A stretch of 32,000 nt of DNA from Xanthomonas campestris pv. campestris str. ATCC 33913 (GCF_000007145.1 NC_003902.1:3896497-3928496), one strand, 5' to 3'. Counted from the first letter of the stretch, positions 9,519 to 18,883 are shown. The notes: generated by a model from the letters alone, not told the origin. Numbers and translations are program-made.

Positions 9519-10873
9519 GCCAGGCCTGCCAGGAAGCGGCGCGGTGCACCATCGAAGCCGCCATTGGACATGAACACCACATGGTCGCCCGGCTGCGCGA
9601 TCTCCCCCAGCATGCGCAACAACGTATCCACATCCTGCGCGACATGCGCCTGACCCCGCACCTGCGCAATGATCGGCGCCGCGTCCCAGGCCAGTTCCGG
9701 CCGATGCAGGAACACCACAGCATCGGCATCGTGCAACGACGGTGCCAGTGCCTGTGCATGCGCACCCAGGCGCATCGAATTGCTGCGCGGCTCCATCGCC
9801 ACCAGCACGCGCGCAGTGCCGACCTTGGCGCGCAGCCCCTGCAGCGTGGTGGCGATCGCCGTGGGGTGATGGGCGAAATCGTCATAGACGGTGATGCCCT
9901 GCGCCTGCCCCAAAACTTCCAGCCGCCGCTTCACACTCTGAAAGCGCGCCAGCGCGGGCATCACCGTTACCGGGTCCACGCCCACCGCCTGCACCGCGGC
10001 CAGCGCCGCCAACCCGTTGAGCACGTTGTGGCGCCCCAGCAATGGCCACTGCACCTGGCCGATCTCCTCACCCCGGTGCAGCACGGCGAAGCGGCTGCCA
10101 TCGTCGGCCAACAGCTGCGCGCTCCAGTCCAGCGCCGGATCGAATCCAAAGCGCTCCACCGGCGTCCAGCAGCCCATCGCCAGCACCTCGGCCAGCCGCG
10201 CATCCTCGCCGTTGACGATCAGCCGCCCGCGCGCCGGCACCGTCCGCACCAGGTGATGGAATTGGCGCTGGATCGCGGCCACGTCCGGAAAGATGTCGGC
10301 GTGGTCGTACTCAAGATTGTTGAGGATCGCCACCAACGGGCGGTAGTGCACGAACTTGCTGCGCTTGTCGAAGAACGCGGTGTCGTACTCGTCCGCTTCC
10401 ACCACAAATTCCCGGCCCTGCCCGAGCCGCGCCGAGACGCCAAAGTCCTCGGCCACGCCACCAATCAGAAAGCCCGGCGCCCGCCCGGCGGCCTCCAGCA
10501 GATAACTGAGGATGGTGGTGGTGGTGGTCTTGCCGTGCGTGCCGGCCACGGCCAGGGTGTCGCGCCCGGGCAGCACCTGCTCAGCCAGCCATTGCGCGCC
10601 CGAACTGTAGCGGCGGCCTGCATCGAGCACCGCTTCCACCGCCGCATTGCCGCGCGAAAGCGCATTGCCAATGACCACGTCCTGCGCATCGGCGGAGATG
10701 TTGGCGGGCAGATAGCCCTGCGCCAGCCGAATGCCCAGGGTTTCCAGCTGCGTGGACATCGGCGGGTAGATGGCCTGGTCACTGCCTTCCACCTGCCAAC
10801 CCAGTTCGCGCGCCAGCGCGGCAACGCCGCCCATGAAGGTCCCGGCAATGCCGAGGATGTGGAGTTTGCTCAT
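9515..10873 (-). CDS. mpl: UDP-N-acetylmuramate:L-alanyl-gamma-D-glutamyl-meso-diaminopimelate ligase (murein peptide ligase)
   Basis: Track ORF trimmed to MSKLHILGIAGTFMGGVAALARELGWQVEGSD. Mur-ligase P-loop AVAGTHGKTTTTT; length 452 aa. Confidence 0.9.
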   Translation of the reverse strand: MSKLHILGIAGTFMGGVAALARELGWQVEGSDQAIYPPMSTQLETLGIRLAQGYLPANISADAQDVVIGNALSRGNAAVEAVLDAGRRYSSGAQWLAEQVLPGRDTLAVAGTHGKTTTTTILSYLLEAAGRAPGFLIGGVAEDFGVSARLGQGREFVVEADEYDTAFFDKRSKFVHYRPLVAILNNLEYDHADIFPDVAAIQRQFHHLVRTVPARGRLIVNGEDARLAEVLAMGCWTPVERFGFDPALDWSAQLLADDGSRFAVLHRGEEIGQVQWPLLGRHNVLNGLAALAAVQAVGVDPVTVMPALARFQSVKRRLEVLGQAQGITVYDDFAHHPTAIATTLQGLRAKVGTARVLVAMEPRSNSMRLGAHAQALAPSLHDADAVVFLHRPELAWDAAPIIAQVRGQAHVAQDVDTLLRMLGEIAQPGDHVVFMSNGGFDGAPRRFLAGLA

Positions 10874-11109
10874 GGCCTCATTGTCGCCGATCGCCGGAGT
10901 TGCGGGATATTCGAATCCGCACCGCACCCAAACGTCAGGAAACCCCTACCGGGCTGTCGGGAACTTCCCGATACACGCGGGTAGCTGCATCCGTCACTAT
11001 GCTGAACGCCAGTCGCAGCACCCCTTTGGTCCTACTCCCCAAGAGGCCAAATCCCCAGGGAGCTCATGCTGTGGGGCTTTGAGCAAGCTCATTACTGGCG
11101 CCATTACCG

Positions 11110-11144
11110 CCCCGGTCGTCATGTACGACCGGGGTTTTTCTTTT
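11110..11144 (+). terminator. Strong hairpin plus T-tract (intrinsic-terminator shape) oriented on the + strand in the mpl-adk spacer
   Basis: Perfect 10-bp stem CCCCGGTCGT (11110-11119) / ACGACCGGGG (11125-11134), 5-nt loop, then TTTTTCTTTT (11135-11144). Both flanking genes are on the minus strand. Confidence 0.6.
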
Positions 11145-11228
11145 GCACGGTTCTGTACCGACCACGTGCCCCGCCAGCGACTGTTCCACTGGCAGGAAGG
11201 ACCGGGCGCTGCAGCCCGGCCCGACGGC

Positions 11229-11792
11229 TCAGCGGCCCAGGGCCTGGCCGATACGCTCGAGCACTTCGTCCAGCGAACCGACGCCATCCACGCGCGCCAA
11301 CTTGCCACGCTGCTCGTAGAAGCCGATCACCGGTGCGGTGGAATCGGTATAGACCTGCAGACGCTTGCGCACCGATTCCGGATTGTCGTCTTCGCGGCCC
11401 TCGGCCTTGGCGCGCCCAGCGATCCGCTCAACCAGCAATTCGCTGGCCACATCCAGCTGCACCACCGCATCCAGCGGCTGGCCGATCTTGCTGAGCAAGC
11501 TGTCCAGTGCATTGGCTTGGGCCACATTGCGCGGGTAGCCATCCAGGATGAAGCCGTTGGCCACATCTGCCTGGCCCAACCGCGCTTCCAGCATGCCGAG
11601 CAGGATCTCGTCGGACACCAGATCGCCACGTGCCATCACTTCCTTGGCCTTCAGGCCAAGCGGTGAACCGGCGGCCACTTCGGCACGCAGCAGGTCGCCG
11701 GTGGAAATGTGCGGGATCTGAAACGTGTCTTTGAGCCGTGCCGCCTGGGTGCCCTTGCCCGAACCGGGCGGTCCCAACAGAACCAATCGCAT
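11229..11792 (-). CDS. adk: Adenylate kinase
   Basis: 187 aa. MRLVLLGPPGSGKGTQAARL P-loop and short-lid Adk architecture. Confidence 0.95.
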   Translation of the reverse strand: MRLVLLGPPGSGKGTQAARLKDTFQIPHISTGDLLRAEVAAGSPLGLKAKEVMARGDLVSDEILLGMLEARLGQADVANGFILDGYPRNVAQANALDSLLSKIGQPLDAVVQLDVASELLVERIAGRAKAEGREDDNPESVRKRLQVYTDSTAPVIGFYEQRGKLARVDGVGSLDEVLERIGQALGR

Positions 11793-11951
11793 CAGTGGAC
11801 TCCACTTTCGAATAAAAACGCGTTGCGGTGGGCGGCGTTAGACTCAAGCCTTCGCCAGCGCTGACCGTATGGTCGTGCAGCTTACCGCATCCGGGGAATG
11901 TCCCCGCAATGTCCCCCGCGCCATGTCGCCATCTGAGGAGTGTGTCCCCCT

Positions 11952-13208
11952 ATGACCAACGGCAACCTGTTGTATGCCCAGTCCGGCGGTGTCACTGCCG
12001 TCATCAACGCCACCGCTGCCGGGGTGATCGGCGAAGCGCGCGCACGCAAGATCAAGGTGCTGGCCGCACGCAACGGCATCCTGGGCGCACTGCGCGAGGA
12101 ATTGATCGACACCTCCAAGGAATCGGCCGCGGCGATCGCCGCGCTGGCGCAGACCCCCGGCGGCGCGTTCGGCTCCTGCCGCTACAAGCTCAAATCGCTG
12201 GAGCAGGACCGCGCCAAATACGAGCGCCTGCTGGAGGTGCTGCGCGCGCACGACGTGCGCTGGTTCCTCTACAACGGCGGCAACGACTCGGCCGATACCG
12301 CACTGAAGGTCTCGCAGCTGGCCAAGGCGTTCGGCTACCCGCTGCACTGCATCGGCGTGCCCAAGACCATCGACAACGACCTGGCGGTGACCGACACCTG
12401 CCCCGGCTTCGGCTCGGCCGCCAAGTACACCGCGGTCTCGGTGCGCGAAGCGGCGCTGGACGTGGCCGCCATGGCCGACACCTCCACCAAGGTCTTCATC
12501 TACGAAGCGATGGGCCGCCACGCCGGCTGGCTGGCCGCCGCCGCAGGCCTGGCCGGCCAAGGCCCGGACGACGCGCCGCAGATCATCCTGCTGCCCGAGC
12601 GCGCCTTTGATCAGCCCGCGTTCCTGGCCAAGGTGCGCCAGGTGGTGGAACGGGTCGGCTGGTGCGTGGTGGTGGCCAGCGAGGGCATCCAGGACGCACA
12701 GGGCAAATTCGTCGCCGATGCCGGTGGCGCGACCGACTCGTTCGGCCACGCGCAACTGGGCGGTGTGGCCTCGTTCCTCGCAGCACAGGTCAAACAGGAA
12801 CTCGGCTACAAGGTGCACTGGACGCTGCCCGATTACCTACAGCGTTCCGCACGCCACCTCGCCTCCAAGACCGACTGGGAACAAGCCCAGGCTGTGGGCA
12901 AGGCCGCCGTGCAGTACGCACTCAAGGGCATGAACGCGGTGATCCCGGTGATCGAGCGCGTCAGCGACGCCCCCTATCGCTGGAAGATCGTGCCCGCCCC
13001 GCTGCACAAGGTGGCCAACCACGAAAAGAAGATGCCACCTAGCTTCCTGCGCAAGGACGGCTTCGGCCTCACCGAACGCGCCCGCCGCTACTTCGCCCCA
13101 CTGATCAAGGGCGAGGCCCCGCTGGCCTACGGCAGCGATGGCCTGCCGAAGTATGTGACGTTGAAGAATGTGGCGGTGGCGAAGAAATTGCCGGCTTGGG
13201 AGGGCTGA
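11952..13208 (+). CDS. pfp: 6-phosphofructokinase, probably pyrophosphate-dependent
   Basis: Track ORF 11940..13208 trimmed to the ATG at 11952, with GAGGAG upstream. Motifs YAQSGGVTAVINA, NGGNDSADTA and GVPKTIDNDL. PPi dependence is inferred from what is known for Xanthomonas PFK, not from the sequence. Confidence 0.88.
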   Translation: MTNGNLLYAQSGGVTAVINATAAGVIGEARARKIKVLAARNGILGALREELIDTSKESAAAIAALAQTPGGAFGSCRYKLKSLEQDRAKYERLLEVLRAHDVRWFLYNGGNDSADTALKVSQLAKAFGYPLHCIGVPKTIDNDLAVTDTCPGFGSAAKYTAVSVREAALDVAAMADTSTKVFIYEAMGRHAGWLAAAAGLAGQGPDDAPQIILLPERAFDQPAFLAKVRQVVERVGWCVVVASEGIQDAQGKFVADAGGATDSFGHAQLGGVASFLAAQVKQELGYKVHWTLPDYLQRSARHLASKTDWEQAQAVGKAAVQYALKGMNAVIPVIERVSDAPYRWKIVPAPLHKVANHEKKMPPSFLRKDGFGLTERARRYFAPLIKGEAPLAYGSDGLPKYVTLKNVAVAKKLPAWEG

Positions 13209-13788
13209 ACAGGGGGAGGACGGCCGCCAGCCTGTGCAATTGTTACAGCGCCGGCGCTCGGCTTGAGCTGCGCAGGGATGCAGCCAATTCCGGCTACCCA
13301 GGCCAGGGAATGCCTGTACCGCAATGCCTTCTGGTTCCGGCTGGCGCCTTGCCGCGCCCGCTCTCTATTGACCGTAACCGCGCCTGGCAAGGAGAGTGCC
13401 AGGCCGGCAAATGCCGCGATCGACTGTAGGGATTTTCTTACAATAACTGGCAAAACAAGCCAGGCCGCGCCTGGGCGACTTCCCTCGGGAATACAGCCCT
13501 ACCTCATTAGTAGAAATTTGGTTAAGTGTGTGCCAAAGTTCGCACCAAACCTGCCTCATCGCGCATAAGGATCATGGCCCAGCAGGCAATCATCTCCAGT
13601 CTTCCCCGGTGGTCAGCCAGTGCCGCCAGGGACGCTGTGTCCGCACAAACGGCCTCACTCACTCGCGACAAGCGCATGATTTATAAAGCCGCACCGTGCC
13701 GCTGAACGCGCATCTGGCATTCATTGCTGTTTCTGCTGTCGTTGTTCCTGCCACCCCTCTTTACCCGAAAAGATCGACGAGACTCGCC

Positions 13789-14550
13789 ATGACCGTACGC
13801 TCCCGCCGCCTCCGCCATCCGATTTTCCGCCTTGCCGCCGGCCTGCTGCTAACCATCGGCCTGTGCGCAGGCTCCGCCAACGCGCAAGTGGTCATCGTTA
13901 ACCCGACGGGAGAGGGAAAGGATATTGCGGAGTATGCGGAACAGGCCAAGCGCTGGACCGAGACGATCAAGCAGTACCAGCAGGAGCTGGATCATTACAA
14001 GCAGCAACTCATCAATTTGACGAGCTTGAACTTTCTGCGCCCCCCCTTGGACGATAAGTTCGTCTTGCGGGAACCAGGCTATGGCCTTGAGTTTACCTGT
14101 CCAGGAGCACAAGCCAGCGGCATCGCGGGCATTCTCGAGCAGATCAAGTCCATCGCACCCACGATGAACGGGAATATGGCGGAGGAGCAGCTGAAGGTCT
14201 GCGCCCGCATTGTCATGGCGCAAAACTCCCAATACAACGAATCGGTCACCATGCTCAAGCGCTTGGTGCAACGTAACACCGAATTTGAGGCCATTGAGCG
14301 CCAGCGCGGTAGAGTGGGTACTAAACAAGGCGCATTGGCAGCCAACGATAACGAAGTAAAGCGTTTCACGGCACGTAATGCGCTGGAAATGAGTCATTGG
14401 GAAGCCAAGATGAAAGCCTACGATGTCTATATTGCGGGACTCAAGGATGACCAGACCCTGCTGGCCAAGCGCGCGCTTGAAGGCGACAAGGGCAATTTGC
14501 TGGGACAGGTCGTGCAAGCAGCAGCATTGAAGATTGCGCTGTCCAAATGA
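13789..14550 (+). CDS. virB5: Type IV secretion VirB5/TrbJ-like protein
   Basis: Track ORF 13696..14550 (GTG) trimmed to the ATG at 13789, giving the signal peptide MTVRSRRLRHPIFRLAAGLLLTIGLCAGSANA. The mature N-terminus QVVIVNPTG..IAEYAEQAKRWTETIKQYQQELDHYKQQLINL resembles the VirB5/TrbJ helical opening. It lies immediately upstream of a virB6 homologue. Confidence 0.65.
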   Translation: MTVRSRRLRHPIFRLAAGLLLTIGLCAGSANAQVVIVNPTGEGKDIAEYAEQAKRWTETIKQYQQELDHYKQQLINLTSLNFLRPPLDDKFVLREPGYGLEFTCPGAQASGIAGILEQIKSIAPTMNGNMAEEQLKVCARIVMAQNSQYNESVTMLKRLVQRNTEFEAIERQRGRVGTKQGALAANDNEVKRFTARNALEMSHWEAKMKAYDVYIAGLKDDQTLLAKRALEGDKGNLLGQVVQAAALKIALSK

Positions 14551-14597
14551 ATTAGCGGGCAACCAAAGCCCAGATCACGACGCACAGGCAAACAGCA

Positions 14598-15719
14598 ATG
14601 GACGTTTTTTTTCATGGCGCGGCAAGCTGGCTGCAGCCGCTTGCGGACGCCAATCTCGGCGACTTCGTTTTCTTCAAGCTGGTCAACGATTACTTCAACC
14701 GGGAAATCCAGGAATTTGGCCTTGAGCTGATGAAGCGGGCCATGAAGTGGGTCAGCGCGATCGCGCTGACGGTCACCACGCTGTGGGTGCTGATCTTGGG
14801 TTACCGCATCGCCACCGGGCAGTCGCGCGAGAGCGCGATGGCCACCATGATCAAGGCCGCCAAGGTTGCAATCATCATCAGCCTGGCCTCGGCCCTCGGG
14901 GTCAACGGCGCCATGCTGCACCAGACCATGACCGAGAACCTGGACAAGGAAATCCATCGCCTGTTCACAGGCGATGAGGGCACCGCCGCCGATGCCATCG
15001 ACGAGAACCTGGCCTACACACAGGTCGCAATGGCCACACTGGATGCGGTGCGCGTAGATCCGGCCCAGCCGGAAGTGCTGGAGAAAAAAGGTCGCGCCAT
15101 GCTCATGGCAGGCTTCGGTACCGCCAGCCCACCGATGGCCGCAGGCGCGATGCTGTTGCTGTTCAAGTTCACCATGGCCTTCTTGATCGGCATCGGGCCG
15201 ATCTTCATCCTGGCGCTGGTCTTCGACCAGACCAAGGACCTGTTCAAGAAGTGGCTGTTCTACGTCATCGGCACCTTGTTCTCGATGTCCATGCTGTCGG
15301 TGGTGACGGCCATGGTGCTCAAGTTCACTGCCAAGGTGGCCGCCGCCTACTGGGCGGTCAAGTTCATCCCCCTGGCCAGCGCCGAAGGCCTCTCCAGCCA
15401 GGCGCTGCAGCAGGGTGGCATCGGCCTGATCATGACCATGCTCATCGTCACCGTACCCACCATCGCCGCCGCACTATGGCAGGGCAATATGGGCACGTTC
15501 ATGGCCTACTCGGCGTTTGGGGCTGCAGCAAGCCCAGGACCACAGGGGCAGCCGGCTGGGTCGTATATGCCTAGGCAAGATGCGCCGAATGGAGACAGCA
15601 AAGCTAGCTCCAATATAAACACTACTAGGGCAGCTACAGGCACCCCCGCTGATTCTCAGCAAGTAGCACCCAGTTACGTTGGTAACGCTATAAAGAATAA
15701 TGACGGCCGTCTTCTGTAG
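14598..15719 (+). CDS. virB6: Type IV secretion VirB6/TrbL-family inner-membrane protein, copy 1
   Basis: 373 aa, polytopic. TrbL/VirB6-like core AGAMLLLFKFTMAFLIGIGPIFILALVFDQTKDLFKKWLFYVIG. Unique hydrophilic C-terminal tail (RQDAPNGDSKASSNINTTRAATG...). Confidence 0.85.
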   Translation: MDVFFHGAASWLQPLADANLGDFVFFKLVNDYFNREIQEFGLELMKRAMKWVSAIALTVTTLWVLILGYRIATGQSRESAMATMIKAAKVAIIISLASALGVNGAMLHQTMTENLDKEIHRLFTGDEGTAADAIDENLAYTQVAMATLDAVRVDPAQPEVLEKKGRAMLMAGFGTASPPMAAGAMLLLFKFTMAFLIGIGPIFILALVFDQTKDLFKKWLFYVIGTLFSMSMLSVVTAMVLKFTAKVAAAYWAVKFIPLASAEGLSSQALQQGGIGLIMTMLIVTVPTIAAALWQGNMGTFMAYSAFGAAASPGPQGQPAGSYMPRQDAPNGDSKASSNINTTRAATGTPADSQQVAPSYVGNAIKNNDGRLL

Positions 15720-15788
15720 CAGAATATATGGAACTAACAACATTTACGCCATCATTATCACAAGCAAAAATATATTTACGAATTATAA

Positions 15789-16337
15789 ATGAATAAGAAA
15801 ATCGTAACTTTAATCCTTTTAAGCTTCTTAAGCTTTTTTTCGCCGAGTTCTTTCGCAGAAGGTAATTGCCCCCCAGGGCAGTATCCTATTGGCGGACAAG
15901 GCGCCGTAGCGTGTGCACCCATTCCTCAGGACGGCAACTTAACTCAGCAGCCTGCCCGACCTCTCGGAAAATGGATAAAAACTTGGGGAGCAATTGCGAT
16001 GGGATGGATGGGACCTGTTCCATACTACGCAGTACCTACGGGAATGCTTTCCGAAACTGAGGCTGAGACAGAGGCGCTGGCGCGTTGCTCGAAAAAGGGC
16101 CCCAAAGATTGCGCAATTAAACTTACCTATTTCAATCAATGCGCTGCCATAGCCGAGCCGCAAACGGCTGAAAACCTGATACCAGATGGTAGCGTAACAA
16201 TTTTTACTGGGAATGCATCAATAGATGGGGCATCGAGCAAGGCAAAAGAAGAGTGTAAAAATCGGAACAAAGATTTTCCTGTGACATGCAAAGTGATCTA
16301 CAAAAATTGCTCGAAGCAAATTTTTCAAAAATTCTAG
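15789..16337 (+). CDS. Secreted Cys-rich DUF4189-like protein, cassette 1
   Basis: 182 aa. Signal peptide MNKKIVTLILLSFLSFFSPSSFA, then CPPGQYP...PLGKWIKTWGAIA...EAETEALARC...DCAIKLTYFNQCAAIAEP...CKVIYKNCSKQIFQKF. The WGAIA...C...C...NQCAA pattern matches my memory of DUF4189. Visibly AT-rich. Confidence 0.75.
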   Translation: MNKKIVTLILLSFLSFFSPSSFAEGNCPPGQYPIGGQGAVACAPIPQDGNLTQQPARPLGKWIKTWGAIAMGWMGPVPYYAVPTGMLSETEAETEALARCSKKGPKDCAIKLTYFNQCAAIAEPQTAENLIPDGSVTIFTGNASIDGASSKAKEECKNRNKDFPVTCKVIYKNCSKQIFQKF

Positions 16338-16503
16338 TTCCAATTGAAAAACAGCATTAATAGCCAGGGAAATGCCATGAAAAATCGTGCTCTCCTAGGT
16401 TTTTTGGCATCACCGCAACATAGATTGCACAGATTGCAGGTCGTGACAGTACCAGGTAATCCCCTGCTAAAATAACTAACCCTTCATCTTCTGTAAACTA
16501 GGC

Positions 16504-16734
16504 GTGTCCACAGATTGCTGGCTTCCTATTGATCCAGCCACGGACACATTTACAGTGAACAATCCGCAACGCTTCAACGCAGTATCCGCCCAGGTGTTTG
16601 CGCGCGTCTTCCCTATCGCGTACCCACGTGGCAGCCCCCAAAGTCCGAGCGTGCGGTACCGGGCAGTAATTGGCTTCTACTGCATCCATGGCGTGCAGCT
16701 TCCCAGGCAACGCTGGTTCACCTGGGCGTGTTAA
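16504..16734 (+). CDS. Conserved small ORF (DCWLP family), cassette 1 copy; GTG start directly after stops, possibly degenerate
   Basis: Core DCWLPIDPATDTFTVNNPQRFNAVSAQVFARVFP aligns with the copies at 20677 and 26350. Many conserved residues use different synonymous codons. Confidence 0.45.
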   Translation: MSTDCWLPIDPATDTFTVNNPQRFNAVSAQVFARVFPIAYPRGSPQSPSVRYRAVIGFYCIHGVQLPRQRWFTWAC

Positions 16735-16882
16735 CTGATACGTTGGCTCCTAAATTTATGCTGACCCTGACAATTCGCGTTGTTGCACTAGCGCGTTGTC
16801 AAGAGTAGCGCGGATCGCTCCATGCGCGGCTAAACTGCGCATCTTCATTGCGCAATGCGCGCAGGCAGCAAAAGCATCTCCA

Positions 16883-17536
16883 ATGAATCCCAAGATTTTC
16901 GGCCGTTTCGCTTTCCTCCTCGTGCCCTTCTTCCTTGCAGGATGCAAGCCCATGAATGCCCCCAGCGAACCTTCGTCTCCCTACAACGTCGACACCGATC
17001 CGGTCTATCGGAAGAACCCGCATCCGGAACAGGCATATCGCATCGCCATGACGATTGAAGACGCGCCTGGGCCGTTCGAATGGATCTCCGGCACAGCGTT
17101 TTACGAGATGACCAACCGCGATGCGTGCACGCCTTTTGATCGTTCGCTGGGAATGTCGACAAAGCAAAAAGAGGATGCAATCCCCATCCATTTCGACAAA
17201 ACCAGTGACACGACGTATGTGGCAACCATCTATGCCGATGGCATGGTCGATGCTGACTATTACGGCAAGGGCCTTTGCACCTTCGTACTCAATGGAGTTG
17301 GAATCTCATTGAGAGCGACTGGAAAAAAAGAAGAGACCCGATTCCAGCCTGCACTGTTCAAGAACGAGATTTATAGCTCAGCACCCAAGGTTACCTATTT
17401 TTGGAAAGAGCGTTACCCACAAGCAGGTATGGATGATTTTCCTGACGGTGGCGAAGCTAGGCTTGACCAATTCAATGATGACGCGCGGAAAAACATTTTC
17501 AAGGTGACCCTGACTACTGCTAAGGTGAATCCATGA
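16883..17536 (+). CDS. Lipoprotein, putative cognate immunity protein for lipase 1
   Basis: Track ORF 16796..17536 (TTG) trimmed to MNPKIFGRFAFLLVPFFLAGC (lipobox LAGC). Its stop overlaps the lipase start (ATGA at 17533-17536). It is paralogous to the genes at 21399 and 27099. Confidence 0.8.
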   Translation: MNPKIFGRFAFLLVPFFLAGCKPMNAPSEPSSPYNVDTDPVYRKNPHPEQAYRIAMTIEDAPGPFEWISGTAFYEMTNRDACTPFDRSLGMSTKQKEDAIPIHFDKTSDTTYVATIYADGMVDADYYGKGLCTFVLNGVGISLRATGKKEETRFQPALFKNEIYSSAPKVTYFWKERYPQAGMDDFPDGGEARLDQFNDDARKNIFKVTLTTAKVNP

Positions 17537-18879
17537 GCCTCACTAGCCAACAGTATGCAGTCCTTTCGAGAGACGTATACGACGAGCCGAAAAAGGTGGG
17601 AGAGAATAGCGACCCTGCAAACATTGGCGGTGAGTTTTATAAGCGGCTCAAATATGTAGATAGCCCATCGGGCTATCAAGGCATCGTCTATCAGCGAGTT
17701 GATACAAAAGAGATCATCGTCGCTCACCGTGGCACAGAGACTGAGCGGCAGCTCAAAGAAGATGGTCTGTACACCGATGGCGGCATGGTCACGGCACGCT
17801 ACAACAACCAAGCTGCCGAGGCACTTGAGTTGACCCGCTATGCGCTGAACTATGCCCACGAATTGGGCAAGGGCGGTAAGTCTCCTCAGGTCACCGTCAC
17901 TGGCCACTCGCTCGGGGGCGATCTGGCACAGGTCACGGCGCATCACTATGGCCTTAAAGGCGAGACCTTCAATGCGTACGGCGCGGTTAGCCTGGATCGC
18001 CGTATTCCCGAAGGTGGCTCGGATGTGATCAATCACGTGATGGCTGGTGATGCGGTCAGTGCTGCCAGCAAGCATTATGGTCAAGTCAAGATCTACGCCA
18101 CGCCACAAGAAGTCGCCACCTTGCAGAAGGCCGGTTACGCCAATGACCGCAGCCTGTTGGATGACCGCAATCCGGCGGTCGCCAAACCGCTTGGCGACTC
18201 GCATAGGATGCATAACTTCCTCCCTGTCGATGGCGACGGCAAGCCGGATCGCTCGGTGCTGGAAGACCCCAAATCACAGCAGCTGGCGCAGCAGTACGCG
18301 CCGATGATCGACAAGTACCGCGACGATGTGGCGCTGCTACGGGGCGGCCTGACCCTGGCATCGCGCAGGCTCCAGTCCATGGATGTGGTCGATGGCATCG
18401 ATCATCTGCGCGGCCCTCTAGCTCCGGGTGCCGGCGCGGCCGAGATAGCGGCAGAGCGCTGGAAGGAAACCCAACAGCGCATGCAGCGCGAAGACGCGCC
18501 GGTCTATGTGACCCCTGGCTGGAAGCTGCCCCTGGGCAATACCCCCGAGCGCTGCGTAGATCCAGGCGCGGCGGCCATGTCTAATGATCCGCTGTACCGC
18601 TCCATCCACAGCAAACTGCCCCAAGGCACCTCCGATGCCGTGGCCATGCATGCCACCGTCGAGGCCAAACGCGCTGGCATCGTCGACATTAACCAGCTGC
18701 GCAGCGTGACCGTGCAAGACGGCAACGCCTGGATCGTCGGCAACACGCCGGGCTTCCGGGCCAAGGTCGATCTGGCGGCGGAAGCACCGCCCGTGCAGGA
18801 AAGTTTGCGCCAGTCACAGGCTTTGGAGACGCAGCGATCGCAGGAGATGGCCCAGCCGTCGCCGACGCGTGTAATGTAA
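17533..18879 (+). CDS. Class-3 lipase/phospholipase with XVIPCD-like C-terminal domain (putative X-T4SS effector), copy 1
   Basis: 448 aa. IIVAHRGTE, nucleophile elbow VTVTGHSLGG (Ser codon 17908-17910), later GDAVS and GDSHRMHNF. The C-terminus is DPLYRSIHSKLP...AKRAGIVDINQLRSVTVQDGNAWIVGNTPGFRAKVDL...VQESLRQSQALETQRSQ. Confidence 0.8.
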   Translation: MSLTSQQYAVLSRDVYDEPKKVGENSDPANIGGEFYKRLKYVDSPSGYQGIVYQRVDTKEIIVAHRGTETERQLKEDGLYTDGGMVTARYNNQAAEALELTRYALNYAHELGKGGKSPQVTVTGHSLGGDLAQVTAHHYGLKGETFNAYGAVSLDRRIPEGGSDVINHVMAGDAVSAASKHYGQVKIYATPQEVATLQKAGYANDRSLLDDRNPAVAKPLGDSHRMHNFLPVDGDGKPDRSVLEDPKSQQLAQQYAPMIDKYRDDVALLRGGLTLASRRLQSMDVVDGIDHLRGPLAPGAGAAEIAAERWKETQQRMQREDAPVYVTPGWKLPLGNTPERCVDPGAAAMSNDPLYRSIHSKLPQGTSDAVAMHATVEAKRAGIVDINQLRSVTVQDGNAWIVGNTPGFRAKVDLAAEAPPVQESLRQSQALETQRSQEMAQPSPTRVM

Positions 18880-18883
18880 GGCC

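Noticed and set aside
9581-10984. 467-aa + strand ORF opposite mpl
   Set aside because: It is a shadow ORF. The minus-strand frame encodes a textbook Mur-ligase (Mpl) with a P-loop.
11844-12818. 324-aa minus-strand ORF opposite the phosphofructokinase gene
   Set aside because: It is a shadow ORF. The + frame carries PFK motifs (GGNDS, PKTIDNDL).
13209-13788. Search for a tRNA, integrase, att repeat or small gene at the left border of the locus (for example the 43-codon ORF from 13574)
   Set aside because: I saw no cloverleaf-compatible sequence, integrase or border repeat. The small ORF has no RBS or conservation evidence. The short hairpins (for example 13381-13403) lack T-tracts.
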